Positions 11,677 through 23,421 of a DNA stretch of 64,000 nucleotides are shown piece after piece. Origin of the DNA: Centroscyllium fabricii (Eukaryota); assembly GCA_051313645.2 (NCBI GenBank), contig JBNRSN020000013.1:15066001-15130000 (forward strand). Reading direction: 5' to 3'. Under the pieces are notes generated by a model. It was given only the letters and a program-made list of their open reading frames with translations. It did not search any database and had not been told where the DNA came from. The position numbers and the translations under genes are program-made. The stretch's first letter is position 1; every line of letters starts with the position of its first letter.

Positions 11677-12174
11677 TAGTTTACTGGAATTGTCTATAAT
11701 CACCCACTTACAATTTACATTTGTGCAACAACTTTTAGGTAGAAGGCGTCCCAAGGTATTGCTTAAAGGTAGGAGAAAAAATAGGTATTGGGAATAAAAG
11801 GATGGTTGTCAAGCCATGGTGGGAAAATAGCTGATTGAGTAGATGAAAAGCTTGATTGGAAGAATGGGTTTTCAGTAGGATATAAAGCTGCAGGAAGTCA
11901 GTTAGGATAGGGCAGGAACTAGGCTGTGAAGAGATTTTAAATTTGTTGCACACGGGTACCCAGTGTAGGTCGGTGAGGATAGGGGGTTATAGGCAAGTTG
12001 TATTGAGCGTGGGACAGGATGTGGGTGGCTAAACTTTGAACAAGTTGGAATTTCTGGAGGGTGGAAGGTCGGAGCTTGGCAAGGCGGAAGTTGGAGAAAT
12101 CAAGTCTCAGGTAAACAAAAGCATGGTTCTGGATTAGGTGGCAGCTGAGGAGAGATGGGCTGGAAGCAAAGCAT

Positions 12175-12635
12175 CTGCTATCTCCAGGGCCACTTCCTTA
12201 AGCACCCTAGGATGCAGATTACCTCCTGTGCAATGTGCAACCAGGCTGCATTGATTTCCTGGGGAGGTCTCTTTCGCCCATGGGAAGGGAAGAAAACCTC
12301 CCTGTGTGCTGTGACTCCCTTCATAAGCATATGGAGGGAGTCATGGGAGAGCCTGGGTGCAGCCGCGCACCTCTGTGCAGTGCTGGTCAGTGTTTGCAAC
12401 ACCTCAATGCTGTAGAACACTGACAACAGAACTGTCAAAATCAATTTGGACATGGCCCCTTTAAGGAAAGCGGCTGATGATGCGTCATCAAATGATGTCA
12501 TCAGACCTGCTTCCGATTAATTGGCCGGGAACCTCGCAGGGAGGACGTAATAAGCCCTATTAACATAAAATCACTTGGAAGGTGCGGGCAGCAGGCTAAG
12601 ACCGCGACACCAACCCCGGTCATGAAATTGCGGCC
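12175..12635 (-). mobile_element. Harbinger fragment with Myb/SANT-like ORF start
   Basis: APRLSHDSLHMLMKGVTAHREVFFPSHGRKRPPQEINAAWLHIAQEV; terminus gaaattgcggcc. Confidence 0.65.
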
Positions 12636-12949
12636 TACGATTCGCTCATCTTTCCTCATAACTGAAACCATTGATGCTAAGGATCAGCCTCATGGCTTTT
12701 CTCTGAATTGCTTGCAGCGCTCGAGTGTATCCTTTGTTTCTCAGCTAACAGATTTGGAAACGGTACCCATGGTGTGGTGGGATCAGAACAGTGCAGTTTT
12801 ATAACAACTTCCTGTGATTTATATTCAATTGTTTTAGCTACGCAGTTAAATATTCTGTAGGCTTTGTTGGTTGCTGTTTGGCATTGGTTGAATATGTTGA
12901 GTGTCAAGTCTACTAAGACTCCTAGGTCCCTTTCAACAATTTCCTCAAA

Positions 12950-13240
12950 ACCATTCAATATCCTGGGAGTCACCATTGACCAGAAACTTAACTTGATCAG
13001 CCACATATATACTGTGGCAAGAAGAGCAGGTCAGAGGCTAGGTATTCTGTGGTGAGTGTCTCACCTCCTGACTCCCCAAAGCCTTTCCACCATCTACAAG
13101 GCACAAGTAAGGAGTGTGATGGAATACTCTCCAGTTGCCTGGATGAGTGCAGCTCCAACAAAGCTCAACACAATCCAGGACAAAGCATCCCGCTTGATTG
13201 GCACCCCAACCACCACCTTAAACATTCACTCCCACCAACA
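12950..13240 (+). mobile_element. RTE-X-like LINE fragment
   Basis: ILGVTIDQKLN...ARRAGQRLGIL; IYKAQVRSVMEYSP...IQDKASRLIG; homologous to 27785-28640. Confidence 0.7.
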
Positions 13241-14495
13241 CTGACATTACGAATTCAAAAATCAGTTGGAGAGGTCATGGTTCTGACATTAGAATCATTG
13301 AGACTTACAGCACAGAAACAGGCCATTTGGTCCATCAAGTCCACGATGGTGTTTTTGTCCACATGAGCCACCTAGTCTAATCCCACACTCTTGCTTTCTA
13401 TACCTAGAATATACCTCAAATCAAAACAACTATCTACTTCCCTGTTTGTGGCAGAGAATTTTACATTTTTAACCGCACTCCATGTAAAGAAATACAGTAT
13501 TTCTAACTTCCTCTTCAATTCTTTTTGTGATAATCTGTTTTACTACCTCACAGACCAGCGGAAACAACCCAAAGTTTACTTTATCAAAACCATTCGTAAT
13601 CTTGGGGACCTCGATCAGGCAACCCCCTTAACCTTTTCTGCCCAAAGACTATGCCTAATGACTATCAGTATATATAACCCCCTGATTCACCTGAGACATA
13701 TTTGTTCGAATGTTACTCGGTCAGGTCCACTTACATTATAAATATTTCAAGGTGAATGGTGCAGTAGGTGGATAATCTGCCCTTTCATCCCTGCGATTGC
13801 TTTTCAAAACCAGCTCAGTCTGATGGGACGCAAGTCTGTTGGTGAGAAAAGGCAGTCTCAACCTGGTTCCTAGTGGATAGAAGCCCACAGTGAAAAAACT
13901 GCCTTCAAATGGACAATCTCACTCAGAGAAGAGAGCGTGGCTGGTGTAGAAAATGGAAAGATGCTATACTGGTACAGCAAGAAGTATTTGATGCTGTTGC
14001 TAGATATTGGAAATTGTTCCACTTTCCAGTACCAAAATCCCTCCTTGATGAGCCCAAAATTCACCAAAATCACAATTATAAGGTAGCCTCTACACCCATG
14101 ACAGATTCTGGTGCACTCTGTTCCAGAACCTGGTTATATTACAGCAGAGGCTTCCAATCTCAGTTTCACCTCCAAAGTAAGGCTACAGTAAATGGGCCCA
14201 CACAAAACAAACACTCTAAATTTTGGGCTTACGTTTAATTTTGCATATGGCATTCAAGTTGTAGCAACTTGGAACTACATTGAGCCCTGTGCATCCATTA
14301 TTATTCTTCCTAAAAATGCATATAGAAATGATATACCTCTGCAAAATGGATGTAATTATTTTTCAATTGACCCTATTGTAGCTCTGCTCGAGCATAATAA
14401 TCCTCACCCCATTATATATCATAGAGCTGCTTGGAAAAAACTCTGGATACAATTGTGTAGTAGAAAATACACAAACTCTATCTAATTATATATAT

Positions 14496-14749
14496 TGTGG
14501 CGACACGCCCACCAAAGCCATCGAATCCGCCTCGGGAGTACTGCGGGGCACGGCCCCGCCCATCGGGTGACGTGATGATGTCACCGGGACTTCCGGCGTG
14601 GTGACGTCACCAACCGCGGGCTCTTTAAATAAGCCTGTTCCAGGTAGCTCAGTCTCTTCGCTACCTGGCCCCTGCAGAGCAAAGTAATAAATGAGTGTTA
14701 TCCGATCTCTCTGTCTCCAGCGTGGTTCTTCAGGCCTGCATGCACTACA
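14496..14749 (+). repeat. 5' LTR (254 bp)
   Basis: tgtggcgacac...gcactaca; GC box, CRE (TGACGTCA), ETS (ACTTCCGG), TATA-like tttaaata, AATAAA. Confidence 0.95.
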
Positions 14750-14848
14750 GTGGTGACCTCGTACTTGGAACGACTTCCAAGGGAAATAAAAATGAAGCAG
14801 TTGCTGCAGGACTGAGGGCCAAGCTGCCTCAGTACACTCCCAACCAAC

Positions 14849-17728
14849 ATGCCATCAGGGAGCCAAGCAGCGCGACCTCAAAGATTGGGCCAGAACTCCG
14901 GCCAAAAACCAACTCTGCCAGAGTTCTGGGAGCTACGCCCAGCGGCCTGGTTCCTCTGCATCGAGAACACCTACCGCATCCATGGCGTACAGGGGGAGGA
15001 TCGCTACAACCTGCTCTTCACGGCCCTATCACAGACCACGGTCGACCGAATGTGGGCAACGATACAGCGTGCACCAACCGCAGGCAGGTATGAATTCCTT
15101 AAGGCCGCGCTGCTAAAGAAATTCACCCCCTCCCAGTTTGAGCGCGACTGCCAGCTCATTAACCTCCCCGAACCCGGGGACTCAGACCCATCGGACCTCT
15201 GGGCCCAAATGGAAGCGCTGAATTACGACCCAGCCACCATTAAGCGCACCTTGTTCCTCCTCAAACTGCCCCCCTCCGTCAGGCCGGCTCTGACGACCCT
15301 CTACCACTACCGCGGAGAACAACTGGCTGAGGAGGCCGACAAGCTGATGACGGCCGAGCGCTCCCGCTCAGCCACGTGCGAGCCCGCTGCCACGGCACCG
15401 GAGCCCCACCATGCGCACCCCAGGTCCGACCCCAAATCTGAACCCAGGCCAACGCGACCCCGCAAAAAGCCGCGCACAACAGGCCCTGGCTGGTGTTACT
15501 ATCACACCCGATTTGAAGCCAAAGCGCAGCGCTGCGTCCAGCCCTGCACCTTCAAACCCCAGCCCAGCTCAAGCCCCACCATGTCCGTAGGCCGCTCTGG
15601 AGCACTGCTCTTCATCACGGACAGCGGCTCAGGCCTCCGGTTCCTCTGTGATACAGGCGCGCAGCACAGCATCGTGCCAGCCTCTCCCGCAGAAACCAAG
15701 CAAGGCACCCGGGGCCCACCACTCGAAGCCGCAAACGGCTCCGAAATAGCCACGTACGGCACCCGCAAGCTCACCATCAAGCTAGCAGGCCACACGTACC
15801 TGTGGGACTTCATCACAGCCCAAGTCAAACTACCCCTCCTCGGGGCAGATTTCCTCTGCGCCCACGCCCTACTGGTCGACGTGACCCGGCGCCGACTGGT
15901 CGACATCTACAACATGTCGACCATCCCATGCTCCACAGGGCCGGCACACCAGGCCCACGCAGCGGCCCACTGCCGAGCCCAGAACTCCGACTCGTACGGC
16001 ACGCTCCTCGCGGAGTTCCCAGCCCTCACCAACCCCACCTTCACAGCCCGCACGGCCAAGCATGGGGTGGAGCATCACATCACCACCACAGGCCCTCCAG
16101 TCCACGCCCACGCACGCAGGCTGGACCCGGCCAAGCTGGAGATCGCGCGTACCGAGTTCCACATCATGGAACAACTCGGCATAATCCGCCGCTCCAGCAG
16201 CCCCTGGGCCTCCCCCCTCCACATCGCCCCCAAGCTGGGCGGTGGCTGGCGTCCCTGCGGAGACTACCGCCGCCTCAACAACGCCACCACCCCAGACAGG
16301 TACCCCGTCCCCCACATCCAAGATTCCTCAGCAAGGTTAGCTGGCTGCACGGTCTTTTCCAAGATCGACCTGGTACGGGGCTACCACCAGGTACCAGTGC
16401 ACCCAGCGGACGTCCCTAAGACAGCCGTCATTACCCCTGTTGGCCTTTTTGAGTTTCTCCGAATGCCCTTCAGACTCAAAAACGCGGCCCAGGCCTTCCA
16501 ACGCCTCATGGACTCAGTCCTACGGGACTTGCAGTTCACGTTCGTCTACCTAGACGACATCCTCGTGGCCAGCACCTCACCCCAGGAACACCTCCTCCAT
16601 CTCAGGACCCTGTTCAAACGCCTGGTCGAACACAGCCTAATATTAAGCCCCTCCAAATGTCGGATCGGCCTCGAGACAATCGACTTCCTTGGCCACCGCA
16701 TTTCCCAGACCGGGGCCATACCCCTGCCCTCCAAGGTGCAGGCGGTCCAGGAATTCCCTCGCCCGCACTCCATCAAGGGGCTGCAGAAATTCCTCGGGAT
16801 GGTTAATTTCTATAACCGCTTCATCCCAGGAGCAGCCGCTCTCATGGCACCCCTCTATCAGGCCACCCGCGGGCAGTCCAACAAGGCTGCGGTCGAGTGG
16901 ACGGCTGAAGCCACCACCGCCTTCACCGCAACCAAAACTGCCCTGTCCAACGCCACGCTCCTAGCCCACCCTAGGCCCAACGCCAGAGTTGCCCTCACCA
17001 CCGACGCCTCCGACCACGAGGTCGGAGCGGTCTACGAGCAGTGGACAGGCAACTCCTGGCAACCCCATGCCTTTTTCAGCCGGCAACTTCGGCCCCCGGA
17101 GGTCAAGTACAGCGCCTTCGATAGGGAGCTACTCGCTCTCTACCTCGCAGTGCGCCACTTCCGCTTCCTCTTAGAGGGCCGCCACTTTACAGCCTTCGTG
17201 GATCACAAGCCACTTGTGTCTGCAATGGCTAAGATCGCCGAACCCTGGTCGGCCAGGCAGCAGCGCCAGCTCGCGGCCGTGTCGGAGTTTACCACCGACA
17301 TACAGCACATCGCCGGCCGTGACAACGTGGTTGCTGACCGCCTGTCACGTCCCACCATCAACTCCGTACAAACGGCGGTCGATTACGCCAAGCTGGCGGC
17401 CGACCAACTGACCGACCCTGACCTGCTCGACCCAGCTACCAACCTCCCCGGCCTGCATTTGGCCACCGTAGCACACGGGCCCACAGCCACAGCGGTCCGC
17501 CGTGACGTCTCCCTCCCGCAGCCCAGACCCGTCGTCCCCCACGCATGGAGGCGACACATCTTCCAGACCCTTCATGGCCTGTCCCACCCTGGCACCCGCG
17601 CGTCCACTAACCAGATTTCGGCACGTTTCGTCTGGCGCGGCCTGGACCAATGCCTGCACTGCCTGCCAGCGCGCCAAGGTGCACAAACACATCAAGGCAC
17701 CGTTGGAAACGTTCACCATCCCAGCTAG
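14849..17728 (+). CDS. Gag-protease-RT-RNase H polyprotein (959 aa), frameshifted in the integrase zinc finger
   Basis: CYYHTRFEAKAQRCVQPC knuckle, LCDTGA protease, VYLDDIL RT, LTTDASD...DRELLA RNase H. Confidence 0.9.
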   Translation: MPSGSQAARPQRLGQNSGQKPTLPEFWELRPAAWFLCIENTYRIHGVQGEDRYNLLFTALSQTTVDRMWATIQRAPTAGRYEFLKAALLKKFTPSQFERDCQLINLPEPGDSDPSDLWAQMEALNYDPATIKRTLFLLKLPPSVRPALTTLYHYRGEQLAEEADKLMTAERSRSATCEPAATAPEPHHAHPRSDPKSEPRPTRPRKKPRTTGPGWCYYHTRFEAKAQRCVQPCTFKPQPSSSPTMSVGRSGALLFITDSGSGLRFLCDTGAQHSIVPASPAETKQGTRGPPLEAANGSEIATYGTRKLTIKLAGHTYLWDFITAQVKLPLLGADFLCAHALLVDVTRRRLVDIYNMSTIPCSTGPAHQAHAAAHCRAQNSDSYGTLLAEFPALTNPTFTARTAKHGVEHHITTTGPPVHAHARRLDPAKLEIARTEFHIMEQLGIIRRSSSPWASPLHIAPKLGGGWRPCGDYRRLNNATTPDRYPVPHIQDSSARLAGCTVFSKIDLVRGYHQVPVHPADVPKTAVITPVGLFEFLRMPFRLKNAAQAFQRLMDSVLRDLQFTFVYLDDILVASTSPQEHLLHLRTLFKRLVEHSLILSPSKCRIGLETIDFLGHRISQTGAIPLPSKVQAVQEFPRPHSIKGLQKFLGMVNFYNRFIPGAAALMAPLYQATRGQSNKAAVEWTAEATTAFTATKTALSNATLLAHPRPNARVALTTDASDHEVGAVYEQWTGNSWQPHAFFSRQLRPPEVKYSAFDRELLALYLAVRHFRFLLEGRHFTAFVDHKPLVSAMAKIAEPWSARQQRQLAAVSEFTTDIQHIAGRDNVVADRLSRPTINSVQTAVDYAKLAADQLTDPDLLDPATNLPGLHLATVAHGPTATAVRRDVSLPQPRPVVPHAWRRHIFQTLHGLSHPGTRASTNQISARFVWRGLDQCLHCLPARQGAQTHQGTVGNVHHPS

Positions 17729-18653
17729 ACGCTTCGGCCACGTCCACATTGACCTGGTCTGACCACTACCGCCATCACGGGGACACACACACGTCATGGC
17801 CATTGTCGACCGCAGCACTCGCTGGCCAGAAGCGGTCCCACTCATCGCTACCACCACCGCGGACCTGGCCAGGGCCTTCATCGCCACCTGGGTCGCACGT
17901 TTCGGCGTACCCACCGACTTCACGTCGGACAGGGGCCCGCAATTCACCTCAACACTATGGGCGACCATCGCCCGCGACCTCGGGGTAACCCTGCACCGAA
18001 CCACCGCTTACCACCCACAGGCCAACGGCCTCTGCAAATGGTTCCACCGCTCCATCAAGGCATCCCTGCGGGCCAGTCTGAAGGACGCAACCTGGACCGA
18101 CCGCCTGCCCTGAGCAATGCTCGGCCTGCGCTCAGCGGCCAAGGAAGACCTGCACGCCTCAGCGGCGGAACTCGTCTACGGCCAACCCCATACCGTACCA
18201 GGCGAGTTCCTCGCGGAACCCAACGCTCCCTGGTCAGCTGACCGGTGCCTCAAAGAGTTCAACAGCCAGGCAGGAGCGTTCAAACCACTACCGGTGGCCC
18301 GGCACGGAGAGCCGGCAGCACGTGTTCCAGACGGCATCAAGAACGCCGAATATGTGTTTGTCCGCCACGACGCACACCGAACACCACTACAGCCACCGTA
18401 CGATGGACCGTACAGAGTGCTTCGGGCGGGAGCTAAGACCTTTGAAATCAAAATGGGCAACAGAACCGAAACTGTCTCAATAGACCGGCTCAAACCGGCA
18501 CACGTAATGGCGGGCGAGACAACAGTCCCCGCGCAGCCACCAAAACGCGGACGCTCTCCCGCACCAAAACCCGCCCACACTCCCACGCAGAACAAGGAGC
18601 AGCGCACGACACGTGCCGGCCGCATCATCCGGCCACCTCAACGCCTCGCTTGA
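17646..18653 (+). pseudogene. Integrase (DDE, GPY) with two in-frame TGA stops
   Basis: HVHIDLV*PLPPS, TSDRGPQF, YHPQANG, DRLP*AMLG, PPYDGPY...VSIDRLKP. Confidence 0.85.
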
Positions 18654-18748
18654 GACTCATTTTTTATTCTCCCTTTTTTTATTTTAACTTTATGCTCCCT
18701 TTTTTTATTTTCACTTTATTCTCCCTCACAGATTCTGGGGGGGAGCTG

Positions 18749-19028
18749 TGTGGCGACACACCCACCAAAGCCATCGAATCCACCTCGGGAGTACTGCGGG
18801 GCACGGCCCCGCCCATCGGGTGACGTGATGACGTCACCGCGACTTCCGGCGTGATGACGTCACCGGGACTTCCGGCATGGTGATGTCACCAACCGCGGGC
18901 TCTTTAAATAAGCCTGTTCCAGGTAGCTCAGTCTCTTCGCTACCTGGCCCCTGCAGAGCAAAGTAATAAATGAGTGTTATCCGATCTCACTGTCTCCAGC
19001 ATGGTTCTTCAGGCCTGCATGCACCACA
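18749..19028 (+). repeat. 3' LTR (280 bp)
   Basis: Near-identical to the 5' LTR plus one extra 26-bp CRE-ETS unit. Confidence 0.95.
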
Positions 19029-19162
19029 ATATTATAGAAAGTAACAATGTCTCTGTGATTGTAACTGATTCTTGGGGTTATATAAACCACTCAAGATTAC
19101 CTTTCCTGCTGACAGTATTTCAGCTTGAGCACCACAACCTGGTAACCCATCAATTATAATGC

Positions 19163-21713
19163 TGTAGTGCATGCAGGCCTGAAGAACCACGCTGGAGCCA
19201 GTGAGATAGGAAAACACTCGTTTATTACTTTACAGGGACCAGGTAGCAAAGAGAGTGAACCACCTGGAGCAGGCTTATTTAAAGGGCCCGCGGTTTGGTG
19301 ATCTCATCACGCCGGAAGTCGAGGTGATGTCACCGCGTCATCTGATGGGCGGGGCCGTGCCCCGCGGTGTTGCCGAGGCGGATTCGATACCTTTGGTGGG
19401 CGTGTCGCCACACAGCTCCCCCCCAGAATCTGAGGGAGAATAAAGTGAAAATAAAAAAAGGGAGAATAAAGTTAAAATAAAAAATGAGTCTCAAGCGAGG
19501 CGTTGAGGTGGCCGGATGATGCGGCCGGCACGTGTCATGCGCTGCTCCTTGTTCTGCGTGGGAGTGTGGGCGGGTTTTGGTGCGGGAGGGCGTCCGCGTT
19601 TTGGTGGCTGCGCGGGGACTGTTGTCTCGCTCGTCATTACGTGTGCCGGTTTGAGCCGGTCTATCGAGACAGTTTCAGTTCTGTTGCCCATTTTGATTTC
19701 AAAAGCCTTAGCTCCCGCCCGAAGCTCTCTGTACGGTCCGTTGTACGGTGGCTGTAGTGGCGTTCGATGCGAGTCGTGGCGGACAAACACATATTTGGCG
19801 TTCTTGATGCCGTCTGGTACACGTGCTGCCGGCTCTCCGTGCCGGGCCACCGGTAGTGGTTTGAACGCTCCTGCCTGGTTGTTGAACTCTTTGAGGCACT
19901 GGTCGGCTGACCAGGGAGCGTTGGGTTGTGCGAGGAACTCGCCTGGTACGGTTAAAGGTTGGCCGTAGACGAGTTCCGCCGCTGAGGCGTGCAGGTCTTC
20001 CTTGGCCGCTGAGCGCAGGCCGAGCATTACCCAAGGCAGGCGGTCGGTCCAGGTTGCGTCCTTCAGACTGGCCCGCAGGGAAGCTTTGATGGAGCGGTGG
20101 AACCGTTCGCAGAGGCCATTGGCCTGTGGGTGGTAAGCAGGGTTACCCCGAGGTCGCGGGCGATGGTCGCCCATAGTGTTGACGTGAATTGGGGGCCCCT
20201 GTCCGACGTGATGTCGGTGGGTATGCCGAAACGCGTGACCCAGGTGGCGATGAAGGCCCTGGCCAGGTCCGCGGTGCTGGTAGCGATGAGTGGGACTGCC
20301 TCTGGCCAGCGAGTGCTGCGGTCGACCATGGTCATGACGTGGGTGTGTCCCCGTGATGGCGGTAGTGGTCCGACCAGGTCGATGTGGACGTGGTCGGAGC
20401 GTCTAGCTGGAATGGTGAACGTTTCCAGCGGTGCCTTGATGTGTTTGTGCACCTTGGCGCGCAGGCAGGCAGTGCAGGCGTTGGTCCAGGCGCGGACATC
20501 CTTGCGCAGGCCGCGCCAGACGAAACGTGCCGAAATCAGCTTGGTGGACACGTGGGTGCCAGGGTGGGACAGGCCATGAAGGGTCTGGAAGATGTGTCGC
20601 CTCCATGCGTGGGGGACGACGGGTCTGGGCTGCGGGAGGGAGACATCGCAGCGGACCGCTGTGGCTGTGGGCCCGTGTGCTACGCTGGCCAAGTGCAGGC
20701 CGGGGAGGTTGGTAGCTGAGTCGAGCAGGTCAGGGTCGGTTAGTTGGTCGGCCGCCAGTTTGGCGTAGTCGACCGCCGTTTGTACGGCGCTGATGGTGGG
20801 GCGTGACAGGCAGTCAGCAACCACGTTGTCGCGGCCGGCGATGTGCTGTATGTCGGTGGTAAATTCCGACACGGCTGCGAGCTGGCGCTGCTGCCTGGCC
20901 GACCAGGGTTCGGCGATCTTAGCCATTGCGGACACAAGTGGCTTGTGATCCACGAAGGCTGTAAAGTGGCAAATTCCCGAGGAATTTCTGCAGCCCCTTG
21001 ATGGAGTGCGGGCGGGGGAATTCCTGGACCGCCTGCACCTTGGAGGGCAGGGGTATGGCCCCGGTCTGGGAAATGCGGTGGCCGAGGAAGTCGATCATCT
21101 CGAGGCCGAACAGACATTTGGAGGGGCTTAATATAAGGCCGTGTTCGACCAGGCGTTTGAACAGGGTCCTGAGATGGAGGAGGTGTTCCTGGGGGGAGGT
21201 GCTGGCCACGAGGATGTCGTCCAGGTAGACGAATGTGAACTGCAAGTCCCGTAGGACTGAGTCCATGAGGCGTTGGAAGGCGTGGGCCGCGTTTTTGAGT
21301 CCAAAGGGCATTCGGAGAAATTCGAATAGTCCAAATGGGGTAATGGCGGCTGTCTTAGGGACATCTGCCGGGTGCACTGGTACCTGGTGTTAGCCCCGTA
21401 CCAGGTCGATCTTGGAAAAGACCGTGCAGCCCGCTAACCTTGCTGAGAAATCTTGGATGTGTGGGACGGGGTCCCTGTCTGGGGTGGTGGCGTTGTTGAG
21501 GCGGCGGTAGTCTCCGCAGGGGCGCCAGCCACCGCCCGGCTTGGGGGCGATGTGGAGGGGGGAGGCCCAGGGGCTGCTGGAGCGGCGGATTATGCCAAGT
21601 TGTTCCATGGTGCGGAACTCGGTACGCGTGATCTCCAGTTTGGCCGGGTCCAGCCTGCGGGCGTGGGCATGGACGGGAGGGCCGTTGGTGGTGATGTGAT
21701 GCTCCACCCCATG
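19163..21713 (-). mobile_element. 5'-truncated Gypsy copy of the same family (3' LTR 19163-19412, IN, partial RH and RT)
   Basis: Reverse complement of the 14496-19028 family; internal deletion across RNase H near 20970; truncated at 21713. Confidence 0.9.
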
Positions 21714-21765
21714 TATTGGAGAGGTGGTAGTAAGCAGTCTTGCTGATGAGCTGAGTTGAACAAGA

Positions 21766-22078
21766 TGTCATTGTTTCCCTTGGCCTGGGTCTCTGAATGA
21801 GTGGCCATTTATAACAAGAACAAAGATTCAGACGGGATGGAAGATTCAGACGGGATGGCAGGGGCAAGTTCTTTACGCAGAGAGTGGCCGGGGAATGGAA
21901 TAGGCTACCATCTGAAATAGTGGATGCGGACAGTCTGGGTGCTTTTAAAAGGATGATAGACAGGTACATGGAAGGGAAGTAACAGTAGGGGGGACAGGAA
22001 AAATCAGAGACGGAATAAGGGCGGCACTACATTGAGGGCCCAAGAGCCTGTACAGTGCTGTATGTTCTATGTTCTATA
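21766..22078 (+). mobile_element. CR1 LINE 3' end
   Basis: GKFFTQRVAGEWNRLPSEIVDADSLGAFKRMIDRYM; tail tgctgtatgttctatgttcta; 18-bp tandem duplication aagattcagacgggatgg. Confidence 0.7.
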
Positions 22079-23067
22079 TGTAAAACTTGTGTGCTGCTCA
22101 CATCGCCTCGCACTCTGGATGGACAGTGATATTATTTTGCACCTGTAACATAGCCTTTACAAGCAGGTACAGTTTCCTACTAATTTGACTTTATAAGCAA
22201 CTACAACAACAAAAACTTGTATTTTATATAACGCCATTAACGTAGTAAAATGTCCCACGGCATTTGTATAGTTAGACCACTTCACAAGGGAGTAGTTGAG
22301 TGATTGTCTGAAACAACAACTTGTATTTATATCATGGAGTGCCTGAGAGAGAGAAAATTTGCAGGACTTCGGGTCAAGGGCAGGGGAGTGGGACCAGCTG
22401 AGGTGGTCTTGCAGAGAGCCAGCATGGGCCCGACAAGCCGAATGGCCTTTTTCCGTGTTTCTGCTAGATCTAGCATGTTTTTCACGTGCAAAACTCCTCA
22501 TGCACCTGATTGATTAAAACAGCAGTGAATCACAACTGAAAAGAGAGAATCTATCAATGAATATGCATCGTTAATAAGGAGAAAACCAGCTATATCTGCT
22601 GTTTATTTTCTCACCTTGATGACCTTGACCCTCCAAGGGGAGGAATTGAGTATTTAAACCTACTGCCAATCCACAATCCAAATTTTCTCAACTGCAGCCA
22701 TTAATTGCTAAGTTACTGTTAAATAAATGAGATGCAGGTGGGACAAGGATAGGCACCACATTAAATGGCATTGCAACCATATAAAACTGAAGGAAACAGT
22801 TAACAAATATGTTTGATGTGGAAGCTCTATTTCCTCTTCTGGCACTTGTCATGCTGATGATGTTCAGTCTGGTGATCCCAGAAGTAGTATTTCGCACTGC
22901 TGTTGCAGAGCTGTCTCAGGATAAGCAAGAAAGATTCCAGGGCATGAATTGTCAGATTTATGTGCTCAAGTCCTGGAGTGGGGCTTGAACCCAACTTGAA
23001 TCTTCTGACTCGGGTTTGAGTCATGTTAAATGGTCAAGCTGATGATTTTTAAACTAAGATACTAATA

Positions 23068-23421
23068 CAGGTACACAACCCTTTATCCGAAAACCTCGGG
23101 ACCGGGCGGGTCTTTTGGTTTTCGGATAAATACGGTTTTTAGAGTTGGCTCCAGTGCGTATGCGCAGATCGCATGTGCATGCGCATTTCCATGTTTGCGG
23201 CCCAGCTCGCAGTCGGGGAATGGCATATCGGCCGTTTGGAGGGGGGATCGGCCGTTTTTTTCCTCCGCACGGCATCAACAGCACGAGATCGGGGTAGGAA
23301 CGTTTTTTCTGCCGAAGCTTCAATTTATTTAAGAAAAAAATCATTATGTTGGCACAACCCTGGACTTCGGTTTTTGGAGTTTTTCGGTTTTTGGAGTTGC
23401 GGATAAGGGATTGTGTACCTG
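23068..23421. mobile_element. Second Tigger-type MITE family (TA TSD)
   Basis: TA|caggtacacaaccctttatccg ... cggataagggattgtgtacctg|TA. Confidence 0.85.

Larger units (their letters stand above)
14496..19028 (+). mobile_element. Full-length Ty3/Gypsy LTR retrotransposon (CsRn1/Kabuki-type)
   Basis: TG...CA LTRs at 14496-14749 and 18749-19028; ATAT TSD; PBS TGGTGACCTCG at 14751; PPT gggggggag before the 3' LTR; gag-PR-RT-RH-IN order. Confidence 0.95.

Noticed and set aside
15279-18628. Long antisense and alternate-frame ORFs in the Gypsy element
   Set aside because: Expected shadow ORFs of GC-rich coding DNA.
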